Positions 18,835 to 28,467 of a stretch of 64,000 nucleotides of DNA are shown one piece after another (position 1 is the first letter of the stretch; every line of letters starts with the position of its first letter). The DNA is from Deltaproteobacteria bacterium (lineage in GTDB: Bacteria > Myxococcota > JACRCW01): the NCBI GenBank assembly GCA_016218805.1, contig JACRCW010000092.1, positions 62,001 to 126,000 on the forward strand, given 5' to 3'. The notes below the pieces were generated by a model. It did no database searches. It saw nothing but the letters and a program-made list of their open reading frames with translations, and was not told the DNA's origin. Both the position numbers and the translations under genes were made by a program.

Positions 18835-19421
18835 GGGTTTCCTCCGTCCCAGGTGTCCCAGTTCTCCCACAGCGGTGGTGATTCCGGCCCGGCGTCGCAG
18901 AGGCGTGACCCGCCATCAGGGAAGTAGAGATGAGGGTCGTCTCCGTAGACGCGTGCGGGGACATCAACCACGCCGGGCAATGTGGCGAACGTACAATTGG
19001 TGATGACACCGCCAAGGGGCTGTTGGACGACGACCAGGACAGGCATGGAAACGCCATGCGTGTCAATATGGACCGTGTGGGTGGGTCCGGAGCAAACCGA
19101 TTCGTGGTCGGTCCAATCGAAGGTGTTGTCATAGACAATGCCGGTCAAACTCCTCGTGTTTCCGCGCTCACAAATGGCGTGCCGGTACTCGGTCCCACAA
19201 CACCTCATCAATCCCGGATTGCCAGAGGGCTCCAGCACCAAAATGCGGGAGGTCAAGCGCCACTCCGTGCGCACCGGCCATGCAATATTGAAAGTCGTGC
19301 AGTCCCGTTTGCAGGACACGTCCCAGGTTTCAACGCCGTCACCGCATCCCAAGAAGGCGGCGGCCGCGCACGCGTAACCGGCCAGACGCGCTGCCAAATG
19401 CCTCCTCATGGCCGCGTTCAT
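18831..19421 (-). CDS. Cys-rich hypothetical lipoprotein
   Basis: Lipobox FLGC after a hydrophobic stretch; several further Cys; coupled to the downstream gene. Confidence 0.55.
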   Translation of the reverse strand: MNAAMRRHLAARLAGYACAAAAFLGCGDGVETWDVSCKRDCTTFNIAWPVRTEWRLTSRILVLEPSGNPGLMRCCGTEYRHAICERGNTRSLTGIVYDNTFDWTDHESVCSGPTHTVHIDTHGVSMPVLVVVQQPLGGVITNCTFATLPGVVDVPARVYGDDPHLYFPDGGSRLCDAGPESPPLWENWDTWDGGNP

Positions 19422-19664
19422 GGCGCATCATCCCTTTGGAAAAACCATGGACGCCGCAACATGCGGCCGGCCGCCGCTGACCACCTCAAAGCGCAACGTG
19501 CTCCCGGGGTTTGCGCAGCGTGGAGGCGAACGGGCAACGGGTAGATGACCAACACCGGCAAGAGCAGACGACACGCCATTGGGAACCTCCCTCGCACGCA
19601 CGTCCCCACTCCCGGCCGATCCCGTAAACACGTGCGGCCATGCGTCAACCGACTCCCCCGCCCC

Positions 19665-21104
19665 TCACCCCTTCACCACCACGCGCGGAACCAGCCGCGC
19701 CACGCGCCGCGCCAACCCGGCCTTTTCCACCACCGCCACCACGTCCGTGACGTTCTTGTAGGCCTCCGGCATCTCCTCCACCACGCCGCCTCGGCTGGCC
19801 GCGCGCAGCGTGATTCCGTGGTCCGCCAGCGCCTGCTCCACGCCGTGCGGGGTGGCCACCTGGCGCGCCTTGCTGCGGGACAACAGCCGCCCCGCGCCGT
19901 GGCACGCGCTCCCAAACGCCTCCACCATGGACCCCGCCTGCCCCACCAGCACGTACGAACACCGCCCCATGTCCCCCGGGATGATCACCGGCTGGCCCAG
20001 GTTGCGGTAGGCGGCGGGCAGCGCCGGGTGGCCCGGCGGGAACGCGCGCGTGGCGCCCTTGCGGTGCACGCACAGCCGCCGGGACACGCCGCCCACCATG
20101 TGCTCCTCCCACTTCGCAATGTTGTGGCACACGTCGTACACCAGCGGCGCATCCAGGTTGCGCGGCTTGCGCCCCAGCCCGTGCGCCACCGCCCGCAGCG
20201 CGCGGCGGGCAATCAGCGCGCGGTTGGCAAACGCAAAGTTGGCCGCTGCCGCCATGGCGGCCAGGTAGTGCTCGGCCTCGTCAGAACCCAGCGGGGCGCA
20301 CGCCAGCTGCTTGTCCGGGAGGTCAATCCTGGCGCGTCCGGCCACGCGGACCATGTTGCGCACGGTTTCTTCGCAGACCTGGTGGCCCAGCCCGCGGGAA
20401 CCCGAATGCACCAGCAGCGTCACACCGCCCACCCGCAGGCCCAGCGCGGCCGCGGCTGCGGGGTCCAGGATTTCCTCCACGGTGCCCACCTCCACAAAGT
20501 GGTTCCCGCTCCCCAGCGAGCCCAACTGGCCGGCGCCGCGCTCGCGCGCGCGTTTGCCCACCGCCGCGGGGTCCGCACCGTGCAGCCGGCCGCCGTCCTC
20601 CACGTGCTCCGTGTCCGCCGCCGGCACCAGCCCCGCGTCCACCAGCGCGCGCACACCCTCGCGCATCACCACGTCCAGGTCCGGGACGCGCTCATCCGCG
20701 CGTCCCACGCCCACGCCCGCCGGCACCGCTTCCGCCAGCGCGTCCGCCACCGCGTCCTGCACGCCCAGCAGGTCCGCCTGGTCCGCATCCAGCGTGTGCA
20801 GCCGCACGCCACAGTTGATGTCGTACCCCACGCCACCCGGCGACACGACGCCGCCCGCCGCCGGGTCAAACGCCGCCACGCCCCCAATGGGAAACCCGTA
20901 ACCCCAATGGATGTCCGGCATGGCCACCGCGTGCCCGACGATGCCCGGAAGGCACGCCACGTTGGCCACCTGCTGCACGCACGCATCCCCGCGGATGTTC
21001 TCCATGAGCCGGTCATCCGCAAAGATGAGCCCGTCCACGCGCATCTTCCCCACGCGGGGGACCCGCCACCGCGTCCCGTCAATCCGTTCCAGCCCCAGCC
21101 CCAT
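19665..21104 (-). CDS. rtcB: RtcB RNA 3'-phosphate/5'-OH ligase
   Basis: MPDIHWGYGFPIGG, GVGYDINCGVR, GSGNHFVEV, HSGSRGLGH, HNIAK, HRKGATRAF, SACHGAGR, EEMPEAYK. Confidence 0.97.
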   Translation of the reverse strand: MGLGLERIDGTRWRVPRVGKMRVDGLIFADDRLMENIRGDACVQQVANVACLPGIVGHAVAMPDIHWGYGFPIGGVAAFDPAAGGVVSPGGVGYDINCGVRLHTLDADQADLLGVQDAVADALAEAVPAGVGVGRADERVPDLDVVMREGVRALVDAGLVPAADTEHVEDGGRLHGADPAAVGKRARERGAGQLGSLGSGNHFVEVGTVEEILDPAAAAALGLRVGGVTLLVHSGSRGLGHQVCEETVRNMVRVAGRARIDLPDKQLACAPLGSDEAEHYLAAMAAAANFAFANRALIARRALRAVAHGLGRKPRNLDAPLVYDVCHNIAKWEEHMVGGVSRRLCVHRKGATRAFPPGHPALPAAYRNLGQPVIIPGDMGRCSYVLVGQAGSMVEAFGSACHGAGRLLSRSKARQVATPHGVEQALADHGITLRAASRGGVVEEMPEAYKNVTDVVAVVEKAGLARRVARLVPRVVVKG

Positions 21105-21112
21105 GGCTCACC

Positions 21113-21787
21113 TCACACGTCCACGATCATCTGCGCACGCCAGCCGCCGTCCGGCTCCTGCGCCACCTCCAGCGCGTGCCAGGTGACCGCCTTCACCGCG
21201 CCGTGGATGTGGTGGCGGCCCTCGTCCCACGGTTCGCCCAGCAGCAGACCGCAGAGGTGCGGCCGGTCCTCCAGGACCACCGCGCGCGCCAGCGCCCAGC
21301 GGTGGCTGTCCAGCAGGAACAACACGTCGCCCAGCCAGGCGCTGAGGCGTTCGTCATCCGGCGCGTCCGCCGCCAGGTCCGGTTCCACCGGCAGCACGGC
21401 CGCCGGCCGAACCCCCACCGGGTCCACCATCAACGCGCCCAACGCCTCCGCCGCGGCACACAGCAGGTCCAGCGGGTGGCGCGCGCGCACCACAAATCCC
21501 TCGTCCGCCGTGTGGTCCAGCGTCACCGTCTCAAAGCGGTCCCCCAGGGGCGGCGCCGCATCCAGCCGCGCCGCGCCCACAGTCACCATGGGCAGCAACC
21601 CCAGCGCCTGCTGGACACGCGGCGGGCTCAGCGCCGTCCGCAGTCCGGCGCTCGCCGTGCCGCCCGCCCAGCGCAGTCCTCCCACGTCCGCCGCCGGGTC
21701 CTGCATGCGCACCAGGTCCCGGGCCGCCCGCAGTGTTGCCTCCGGGCTACCCGTGGCCACCGCCAGCGAACCGGCCCCCACGGTCAT
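21113..21787 (-). CDS. Archease (RtcB activator) with ~80-aa N-terminal extension
   Basis: DHTAD, KAVTWH and C-terminal IVDV motifs; in-frame ATG at 21787 overlaps the proC stop. Confidence 0.88.
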   Translation of the reverse strand: MTVGAGSLAVATGSPEATLRAARDLVRMQDPAADVGGLRWAGGTASAGLRTALSPPRVQQALGLLPMVTVGAARLDAAPPLGDRFETVTLDHTADEGFVVRARHPLDLLCAAAEALGALMVDPVGVRPAAVLPVEPDLAADAPDDERLSAWLGDVLFLLDSHRWALARAVVLEDRPHLCGLLLGEPWDEGRHHIHGAVKAVTWHALEVAQEPDGGWRAQMIVDV

Positions 21788-22602
21788 CACCCCTTGCCGA
21801 GCAGCCGTGCGCGTTCGGCGGCGGCCTGGACGGTGGCCATGAGCGCGCCGCGCACGCCCGCCTGTTCCAGCACCAGCATGCCGGCCGCCGTGGTGCCGCC
21901 CGGGCTCATCACCATGTCCTTCAGCGCGCCCGGCGTGATGGCCGCATCCCGAAGGTGCTTGGCGGTCCCCTCCATCATGGACAGCGCCATGTCCACGGCC
22001 ACGGTGCGCGGCAGCCCGGCCAGCACGCCCCCGTCCATGAGCGCCTCCAGCATGGCCGCCACCCACGCGGGCCCGGAGGCGGCCAGCGATGTGGCGGCGT
22101 CCATGAGCTTCTCCTGCGGGAGCCGCACCGTCCGGCCAACGTGGCCAAACACCCACTCAGCGGCGCGCAGCGCCTCCGTGGGCTCTGAGGGGTCCGCCAC
22201 CAGCGCGGTCATGGACGCGCGCACGGCCACGTTGACGTTGGGCATGGCGCGCACCAGTGCGCCGGTGGCCCCCAGTGACTGCCGCAGCTTCTCCAGCGTC
22301 ACGCCCGCGGCGGCGGAGATCACCACGGCGTGCGGCCGGATGGCGGTTGCCACGCGGTCCAGCGCGCCCGCCACGTCCGGCGGTTTCACGCACAGCACCA
22401 GCACGTCTCCCACCGCGGCGGCCTCCGCCGGGTCCGCTGCCACGCTCACCGCTTCGCCGCCGGCATTCAGCGCCTTCTGGGCCACCGCGTCACACAGGAC
22501 CAGCCGCTGCGGCGGCAGCCCGCCCGCCTGCAGCCCGCGCACCAGCGCGCCACCCAGTCCGCCCACGCCCACCACCGCCACCGTCGCACTGGACAGGTTC
22601 AT
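21787..22602 (-). CDS. proC: Pyrroline-5-carboxylate reductase
   Basis: Rossmann GVGGLG, LCVKP, ISAAAG, RAMPN, ASGPAW, SPGGTT. Confidence 0.95.
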   Translation of the reverse strand: MNLSSATVAVVGVGGLGGALVRGLQAGGLPPQRLVLCDAVAQKALNAGGEAVSVAADPAEAAAVGDVLVLCVKPPDVAGALDRVATAIRPHAVVISAAAGVTLEKLRQSLGATGALVRAMPNVNVAVRASMTALVADPSEPTEALRAAEWVFGHVGRTVRLPQEKLMDAATSLAASGPAWVAAMLEALMDGGVLAGLPRTVAVDMALSMMEGTAKHLRDAAITPGALKDMVMSPGGTTAAGMLVLEQAGVRGALMATVQAAAERARLLGKG

Positions 22603-22603
22603 G

Positions 22604-22764
22604 GGCTCGCTCCCCGCACGGCCCACGTGCTGCCGCAGGCTCGCCAGGAGGCTCGCCCTCCCGTGGGGTTCCATGGATGAAGACAGCGCTGGGAGGGCGA
22701 GGCTCCTGCCGAGCCCGGGCTCGGTGGGTGCCTGGTCCCTGCGAGAATCAACGCCAGGTTCATG
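22604..22764. repeat. 161-bp intergenic insert with a 25-bp inverted repeat, flanked by a 10-bp direct repeat
   Basis: Arms 22638-22662 and 22691-22715 (2 mismatches); CAGGTTCATG at 22594-22603 and 22755-22764. Confidence 0.65.
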
Positions 22765-22768
22765 TCCG

Positions 22769-23446
22769 TCACTCCTTTGCCGGCCGGGCACCAAAGATCG
22801 CGGTGCCCACCCGCACGTGCGTGGCGCCCTCTTCTATCGCCACCTCAAAGTCATCACTCATTCCCATGGACAGCACCGGCAGCCCCAGCGAGCCCGCCAG
22901 CGCGCGCAGCGTGCGGAAGTCCGGCCGCACCTGCTGCGGGTCCTCACGCGGCGGCGGGATGCACATCAGGCCGCGCAGCTTGAGGCGCGCCAGCGGGGCC
23001 AGCGCCGCGGCCAGCGCCACCGTGTCCTCTGGGCGGACGCCGTGCTTGGAAGCTTCACCACCCACGTTCACTTCCAGCAGCACCTCCAGCGTGCCGCCAT
23101 CCCGCGCCAGGCGTTGGTCCAGTGCTTGCGCCAGCTCCACGCGGTCCAGCGCGTGGAACATCACCGCCGTCCCCACCACGTACTTGGCCTTGTTGGCCTG
23201 CAGCGGGCCAATGAAGTGCCACCGGATTCCCGGCAGGTCCGCCAGGTCGCGCGCCTTGTCACGCAGCTCCTGGGCGTAGCTCTCCCCAAAATCCCGCTGT
23301 GCGGCGGCATACGCCTCCCGCACCGCGCTGGCCGGCTGGCCCTTGCTCACCGCCACCAGCGTCACGTCTGACGCCGGCCGCCCGGCCCGGCGGCACGCGC
23401 CCTCCACGCGTGCGCGGATGTCCCCAAGGCGCCCGGCAACGCTCAT
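22769..23446 (-). CDS. yggS: PLP homeostasis protein YggS/PROSC
   Basis: LVAVSK, FGESYAQE, WHFIGPLQANK, LRGLMCIP, LSMGMSDDFEVAIEEGATHVRVGTAIFG. Confidence 0.97.
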   Translation of the reverse strand: MSVAGRLGDIRARVEGACRRAGRPASDVTLVAVSKGQPASAVREAYAAAQRDFGESYAQELRDKARDLADLPGIRWHFIGPLQANKAKYVVGTAVMFHALDRVELAQALDQRLARDGGTLEVLLEVNVGGEASKHGVRPEDTVALAAALAPLARLKLRGLMCIPPPREDPQQVRPDFRTLRALAGSLGLPVLSMGMSDDFEVAIEEGATHVRVGTAIFGARPAKE

Positions 23447-24003
23447 GGCCCGCGCGCCCCGGCAATGAGTTCCAGCGCTTCGCGCAGCGGGAGGCCCACC
23501 ACCGTGGTGTAGGAACCGTGCACCTCGTCCACCAGGGCGCCGCCGTCGCCCTGGATGCCGTAGGCGCCCGCCTTGTCCAGCGGCTCGCCGGTGGCCACGT
23601 AGCGGGAGATGTCTTCATCACTGAGCGGCCGGAAGCGCACGCGCGCCGTCACCACGCGGTGGGCGGCCCCCGCGGGTCCCGCCGCCGCCACGGCGGTGTG
23701 CACGGCGTGCTCCACGGCGGACAGGCGCCGCAGCATCACGGCTGCATCCGCGGCGTCGCGCGGCTTTTCCAGCACGTCTTCGCCCAGGGCCACCACTGTG
23801 TCCGCCGCCAGCACCACCGCGCCGGGCACCATGGGCACCACCGCGTCGCGCTTTTCACGGGCCAGCCGGAGCGCGTACTCGGGTGGGGATTCGCCGGTGC
23901 GCCGGGTCTCCTCCACCCCCGCCACCACGACGCGGAAGCTCAGCCCGGCGCTTTGCAGCAGCCAGGCCCTGCGGGGTGACTTGGAGGCCAGCACCAGGTT
24001 CAT
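23443..24003 (-). CDS. maf: Maf family nucleoside triphosphate pyrophosphatase
   Basis: LVLASKSPRR, AADTVV, LEKP, DKAGAYGIQG, VVGLP. Confidence 0.95.
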   Translation of the reverse strand: MNLVLASKSPRRAWLLQSAGLSFRVVVAGVEETRRTGESPPEYALRLAREKRDAVVPMVPGAVVLAADTVVALGEDVLEKPRDAADAAVMLRRLSAVEHAVHTAVAAAGPAGAAHRVVTARVRFRPLSDEDISRYVATGEPLDKAGAYGIQGDGGALVDEVHGSYTTVVGLPLREALELIAGARGP

Positions 24004-24116
24004 GCGTCGCAACCTCGAGGAGCGCGCACACTACGGATGCGGCGTGACGGGCGTCAAACCGGCGCGCTGCGCGCTGGGGGACGCACACCCGAGCAGGGTG
24101 CTATGCCGTCGGGACG

Positions 24117-25256
24117 ATGAGCAGGTCCGCCCCCTGGCTGGTGAGCACCGACACGCAGCTGGCCGAGCTGCTGACGCGCCTGGGCTCTGCTCCATCCATC
24201 GCCGTGGACACCGAGAGCGACGGGTTCTTCCGCTACCGCGCGCGGCTGTGCGTGCTGCAGCTGGCGGTGCCCGGGACGCTGGCGGTGGTGGACACGCTGG
24301 CGGCCATGGACCTGGGCCCGCTGTGGCGCTTCCTGGGTGACCCCGCGCGCGAGTGCGTGCTCCACGACGCGGAGGGTGACGTCCTGCTGCTGCAGCGGCG
24401 GTTGGGCGTGGTGCTGGGGCGGCTGTTTGACACGCAGCACGCGGTGAAGATGCTGGGTTCCGCGCAGGTGGGTCTGGCGGCGCTGCTGGAGTCCATGCTG
24501 GGCGTGCGCCTGGACAAGGGCGAGCAGCGCAGCGACTGGGGACGGCGGCCGCTGTCGGCGTCACAGTTGGTGTACGCGGCCGGCGACGTGGAGCACCTGT
24601 TGCTGGCCCGGGAGCGGCTGCACGCGGACCTGGTGGCCAAGGGGCGGCTGGAGATGGCGCTGCAGGGGTTTGAGCGCATCCGCACGCGCAACCCGCAGGA
24701 GCCGGTGTTTGACCCGGAGGGATGGTTGGAGCTGCGTGATGCGCGCAAGCTGGGTCCGGCGGGGCGCGGACTGTTGCGTGCCGCGTACCTGTGGCGCGAG
24801 GAGTTGGCCCGCCGCCGTGAATGCGCGCCCTTCCGCGTGGTGGGCCCGGACACGCTGGTGGAGATTGCCCGGGCGCAACCCGCGGATGCGGCGGCGCTGC
24901 ACCGCGTGCGCGGCATGCCGGCCTGGCTGCGCGGCACGCCTGAGGAGGACACGCTGCTGGCGGCCCTCCGCGGCGCGCTCCCGGTGCCGGACACGGCGCT
25001 GCCGCCGCGGGCACCGCGCCCGGACCCGCAGGTGGAGGCGCGTTTTGATGCGCTGCGCGCATGGCGGACGCGCGTGGCCAAGGAGATGGGCGTGGACATC
25101 TCCGTGCTGGCGTCCAACACCAGCCTGCGCACGCTGGCCCTCTCCCCTCCCGCCTCCGCCGCCGCCCTGGCGGACGCCGCCGAGCTGCTGCCGTGGCAAC
25201 GGGAGACCCTGGCGGAAGGGATGTTCCAGGCCCTGACGGGTACGCCGGCGCGGTGA
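24117..25256 (+). CDS. rnd: Ribonuclease D (DEDDy exonuclease with HRDC domains)
   Basis: AVDTE, LFDTQ, EQRSDWGRRPL, YAAGDV; HRDC-like WREELARR and LRAWRTRVAKE. Confidence 0.92.
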   Translation: MSRSAPWLVSTDTQLAELLTRLGSAPSIAVDTESDGFFRYRARLCVLQLAVPGTLAVVDTLAAMDLGPLWRFLGDPARECVLHDAEGDVLLLQRRLGVVLGRLFDTQHAVKMLGSAQVGLAALLESMLGVRLDKGEQRSDWGRRPLSASQLVYAAGDVEHLLLARERLHADLVAKGRLEMALQGFERIRTRNPQEPVFDPEGWLELRDARKLGPAGRGLLRAAYLWREELARRRECAPFRVVGPDTLVEIARAQPADAAALHRVRGMPAWLRGTPEEDTLLAALRGALPVPDTALPPRAPRPDPQVEARFDALRAWRTRVAKEMGVDISVLASNTSLRTLALSPPASAAALADAAELLPWQRETLAEGMFQALTGTPAR

Positions 25257-25293
25257 GATTTCGGGTTGCGCCCGGGCGTCCACCCGCCCGAGG

Positions 25294-26325
25294 ATGCGCG
25301 CCCCCATGGCCCCCCTGAGCCGCCTCGTCGTCCCGTGTGCCGCCGCCGCGTTGGCGTGGGGCGCGTGTGCGCGGAGGCAGCCGGTGCCCGCGCCGCCGCC
25401 GCCGGCCGCCACCCGGCCCTCGCCCTTTCCGGTGGGGCGGGAGGCCATCACGGAACCCCCGGAGGGCGAAGCGCGTCATCTGCGCGCGCTGCGCCAGGTC
25501 ACGCTGGACGGGGTGCAGAACTCTGAGCCCGCGCCCTCACCCGACGGGCGCTGGCTGGCGGTGGTGCACGTGCCGGAGCGCGATGCGGGACCCTCCGTGG
25601 TCATCCTGGACGCGCAGGGGCGCAACCGCCGCGCGCTGTCCCCGCCGGGCTGGGCCTCCGTGTCACCCGTGTGGCTCCCGGGTGACGGCGGGCGCGTGCT
25701 GTTTTCTTCGCGGGATGGTGCGGACGGTGGGCCCACGCTGGACGTGTGGGAGCGCGCGCCCGGCGGTGAGCCTCCCGCGCGGCGGCTGGCGCTCCCGGGT
25801 GATGAAGCGGAGCTCAGCTGGAACCCCGCCGCGGGCCTGCTGTTCACCGCCACGGTGGACGGTGAGGGTGACGTCTACCGGGTTCCCCCCGACGGTGGCG
25901 CGCCGCTGCGGCTGACCCGGGGCGGCGGCCCGTCCGGGTCCGCGGCGGCCACGCCGGACGGACGGTTTGTGGTGTACCGGACCTTCCAGGACGGGGGGGC
26001 CCACGCGGAGCTGTTCATTGTGTCCGCGGAGGGCGGCACGCCGCGGCAGCTGACGGCGCTGGGCGTGACGGCGTGGTCACCGGCCATGCACCCGTCCGGG
26101 CGGCGCGTGGTGTTCAGCGCGGACCTTCGGCCGCACGCGCGCGCACCGGGGCAGAACTTTGACCTGTACCAACTGGACCTGGAGACCGGCGCGCTGGAAC
26201 GCGTCACCTTCACAGAAGGGCCGGACACGCTGCCGGCCTTCACGGCAGACGGCCGCACGCTGTACTGGACCAGCGGCAGGCAGGGCGGCAGCAACCAGGT
26301 GTTTGCCGCGGAATGGGTGGACTGA
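25294..26325 (+). CDS. TolB-like PD40 beta-propeller lipoprotein
   Basis: Lipobox WGAC; repeated SPDG/TPDG/HPSG/TADG PD40 blades. Confidence 0.85.
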   Translation: MRAPMAPLSRLVVPCAAAALAWGACARRQPVPAPPPPAATRPSPFPVGREAITEPPEGEARHLRALRQVTLDGVQNSEPAPSPDGRWLAVVHVPERDAGPSVVILDAQGRNRRALSPPGWASVSPVWLPGDGGRVLFSSRDGADGGPTLDVWERAPGGEPPARRLALPGDEAELSWNPAAGLLFTATVDGEGDVYRVPPDGGAPLRLTRGGGPSGSAAATPDGRFVVYRTFQDGGAHAELFIVSAEGGTPRQLTALGVTAWSPAMHPSGRRVVFSADLRPHARAPGQNFDLYQLDLETGALERVTFTEGPDTLPAFTADGRTLYWTSGRQGGSNQVFAAEWVD

Positions 26326-27176
26326 TGACGGATTCCTCACCGCGAATGCTGGACCTGGCGCGCGCCGCGCAACGCTCCGTGGCGCGCATGCCCGGCCCGC
26401 CGCCCGCGTCCTTCTACGGCGCGCAGCGGCCGCTGGTGCTGGCGCACCGGGGCGCGCGCACGCGCCACGCGGAGAACACGGTGGGCGCGTTTGTCCTGGG
26501 AATGGAGCTGGGCGCGGACGGCGTGGAGCTGGACGTGCACCTGTCCAAAGACCGCCGCGTGGTGGTGTTCCATGACACGCACCTGGACCGCGCCGGCCGG
26601 GCCGGGGTGGCCCTGGCGTCCCTGACCTGGGACGAACTGCGGGAACTGGACCTCCGCCACCTGGTCAAGGACGGTCCCGCGGAAGAGGCCGCGGTGCACA
26701 TGCCGCTGCTGGAGGAGGTGTTTGAAGCGCTGCCGCCCACGGCGCGGGTCAACGTGGAGCTCAAGGGCGGTGCGTCCCTGGCGCCCGACGGGTTGGAGGT
26801 GGAGGCGCTGCGCGTGGTGGCGCGCTGCCATGCGGAGGACCGGGTGGTGTACAGCTCATTCAGCCCGGCGCGGTGCCTGCGGTTGCGGTCCCTGGCGCCG
26901 GACGCGTGGGTGGGCATGCTGCATGAGCCCGGACAGTCCGCGGCGCTGCGCCACCTGCACCTGCTGCCCGCCGTGGCGCCACACGCGCTGCACCCGCACT
27001 TCTCCATGGTGGATGACGCGTACCTGGCGCACGCGCGCGCGCTGCGGACGGCGGTGCACGTGTGGACCGTCAACGAACCCGCGGAGGTGCGCCGCCTGCG
27101 CGCGCTGGACGTGGACGCCATCATCACGGACGTGCCGGATGTGGCGCTGCGGGAGCTGGGGCGCGGCACGCCTTGA
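26325..27176 (+). CDS. Glycerophosphodiester phosphodiesterase
   Basis: AHRG, ENT, ELDV, HD, NVELK, SSFS, WTVN, IITD. Confidence 0.93.
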   Translation: MTDSSPRMLDLARAAQRSVARMPGPPPASFYGAQRPLVLAHRGARTRHAENTVGAFVLGMELGADGVELDVHLSKDRRVVVFHDTHLDRAGRAGVALASLTWDELRELDLRHLVKDGPAEEAAVHMPLLEEVFEALPPTARVNVELKGGASLAPDGLEVEALRVVARCHAEDRVVYSSFSPARCLRLRSLAPDAWVGMLHEPGQSAALRHLHLLPAVAPHALHPHFSMVDDAYLAHARALRTAVHVWTVNEPAEVRRLRALDVDAIITDVPDVALRELGRGTP

Positions 27177-27183
27177 GGCGCGG

Positions 27184-28467
27184 TCAGAACTTCCCGTTGA
27201 CGTCCAGCACCAGCTCGTTGCCGCCCGCGCGGCCGCTGCGCACCACGGACGTGTTGCGGTGCACGGCCAGCTGGATGCGCGTGTTGAACAGAAACCCGGA
27301 CGTCACCATGGCGCCCACGGACGCAAACAGGTCGTCGGATGACGTCACCGCGTCACCCGCGAGCCGGTCCCGCTCCAGGACGGAGACGGAAGCCACCGCG
27401 TGCAGGAAGGCAAAGAACACGGGCTCAAAGCGGTATTCGCCCACCAGCACCAGGTAGCGTGACGGGTAGAACTCCTGCACCGCGGCGCCTGGCAGGATGG
27501 GCCGCCAGGATGACCCGAACTCCTGCCCGCCCGGGCGCACCCCACCGCCCACGCGGGGCGCGCTGAACCGGTCCAGGTGCCGGCCCACCGCGCCATGGGC
27601 AGACAGGACCAGCCGGTGCCGCTCACTGTCCACGCCGGGCAGGCCGGACGCGGTGATGGCGTACGCGGCGGCGTAGGCCGGGTCCCGCCCGTCGGCGGCA
27701 GGGTGTTTTGACCGCACGCCCCAATTGCGCCAGCCCGGCCGGAACCCGGCCACCACGTCCAGCCCCGCCGCCAGGCCGCGGTGCGGCAGCCCAAGCAGGT
27801 TGCGCTCCACGCTGTCCCACCGCGCCATGACGTGCGCACGCACCTCCAGGCCCGTCACTGGTGGACGGAACTCCGCGGCCGCATGCGGTGAACGCACAAA
27901 GAACTGCACGCCCGGCTCCACCAGCACATCCAGCGACACCATGTTGTCGTCTTGGGGACCCATGACGGTCCGGGCCCCCAGCCCAAATGCCGGGCGCACA
28001 TAACCCCAGGTCAGCTCCTGGTTGAGCTGGGTGCGTCCGTCCACCCACTCCGCCTGCGGGAACGGCACCGTGAAGCTGGTGAAAGCGGTGACCAGTTCCA
28101 GCGGACCGCGCCCCAGCCGCCGCATCCAGGTGACGTCGTTGAACAGGCCCGCCACTTCGGCGCGCAGCAGGTCACGGTCGGATTCGTGGCGCCAGTAGTA
28201 GAGGCTCCCAAAGGGGAGCACTGGCGTGTCCTGCACCGGGCGCCACGTGATGGAAGCGCCCGCCTCCCACGCAGACACGTGCCGGCGGTCCATGGGGTCC
28301 ACCGGCACGTCAAAGCCCATCACGCGGAGGCGGAAGCCCTCCCCCGCGCGCGGCGTCCGGTACGGCTCAGGTGCCCACTCCCGCGGCGGCAGCGACGCGG
28401 CGTCGTCGTCATCGGCCCGCGCCAGCGCCCCCGCCACGGACAGCAGGAGCGCCGCCGTGCGGTTCAC
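27184..28467 (-). CDS. Probable outer-membrane beta-barrel protein
   Basis: Signal peptide from GTG 28467 (overlaps the upstream stop); amphipathic beta strands; C-terminal Phe (VLDVNGKF). Confidence 0.65.
   Translation of the reverse strand: MNRTAALLLSVAGALARADDDDAASLPPREWAPEPYRTPRAGEGFRLRVMGFDVPVDPMDRRHVSAWEAGASITWRPVQDTPVLPFGSLYYWRHESDRDLLRAEVAGLFNDVTWMRRLGRGPLELVTAFTSFTVPFPQAEWVDGRTQLNQELTWGYVRPAFGLGARTVMGPQDDNMVSLDVLVEPGVQFFVRSPHAAAEFRPPVTGLEVRAHVMARWDSVERNLLGLPHRGLAAGLDVVAGFRPGWRNWGVRSKHPAADGRDPAYAAAYAITASGLPGVDSERHRLVLSAHGAVGRHLDRFSAPRVGGGVRPGGQEFGSSWRPILPGAAVQEFYPSRYLVLVGEYRFEPVFFAFLHAVASVSVLERDRLAGDAVTSSDDLFASVGAMVTSGFLFNTRIQLAVHRNTSVVRSGRAGGNELVLDVNGKF

Noticed and set aside
22604..22764. 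6S RNA or riboswitch
   Set aside because: One long hairpin is present, but I could not identify the terminal pairing, central bubble or conserved motifs; needs an Rfam scan
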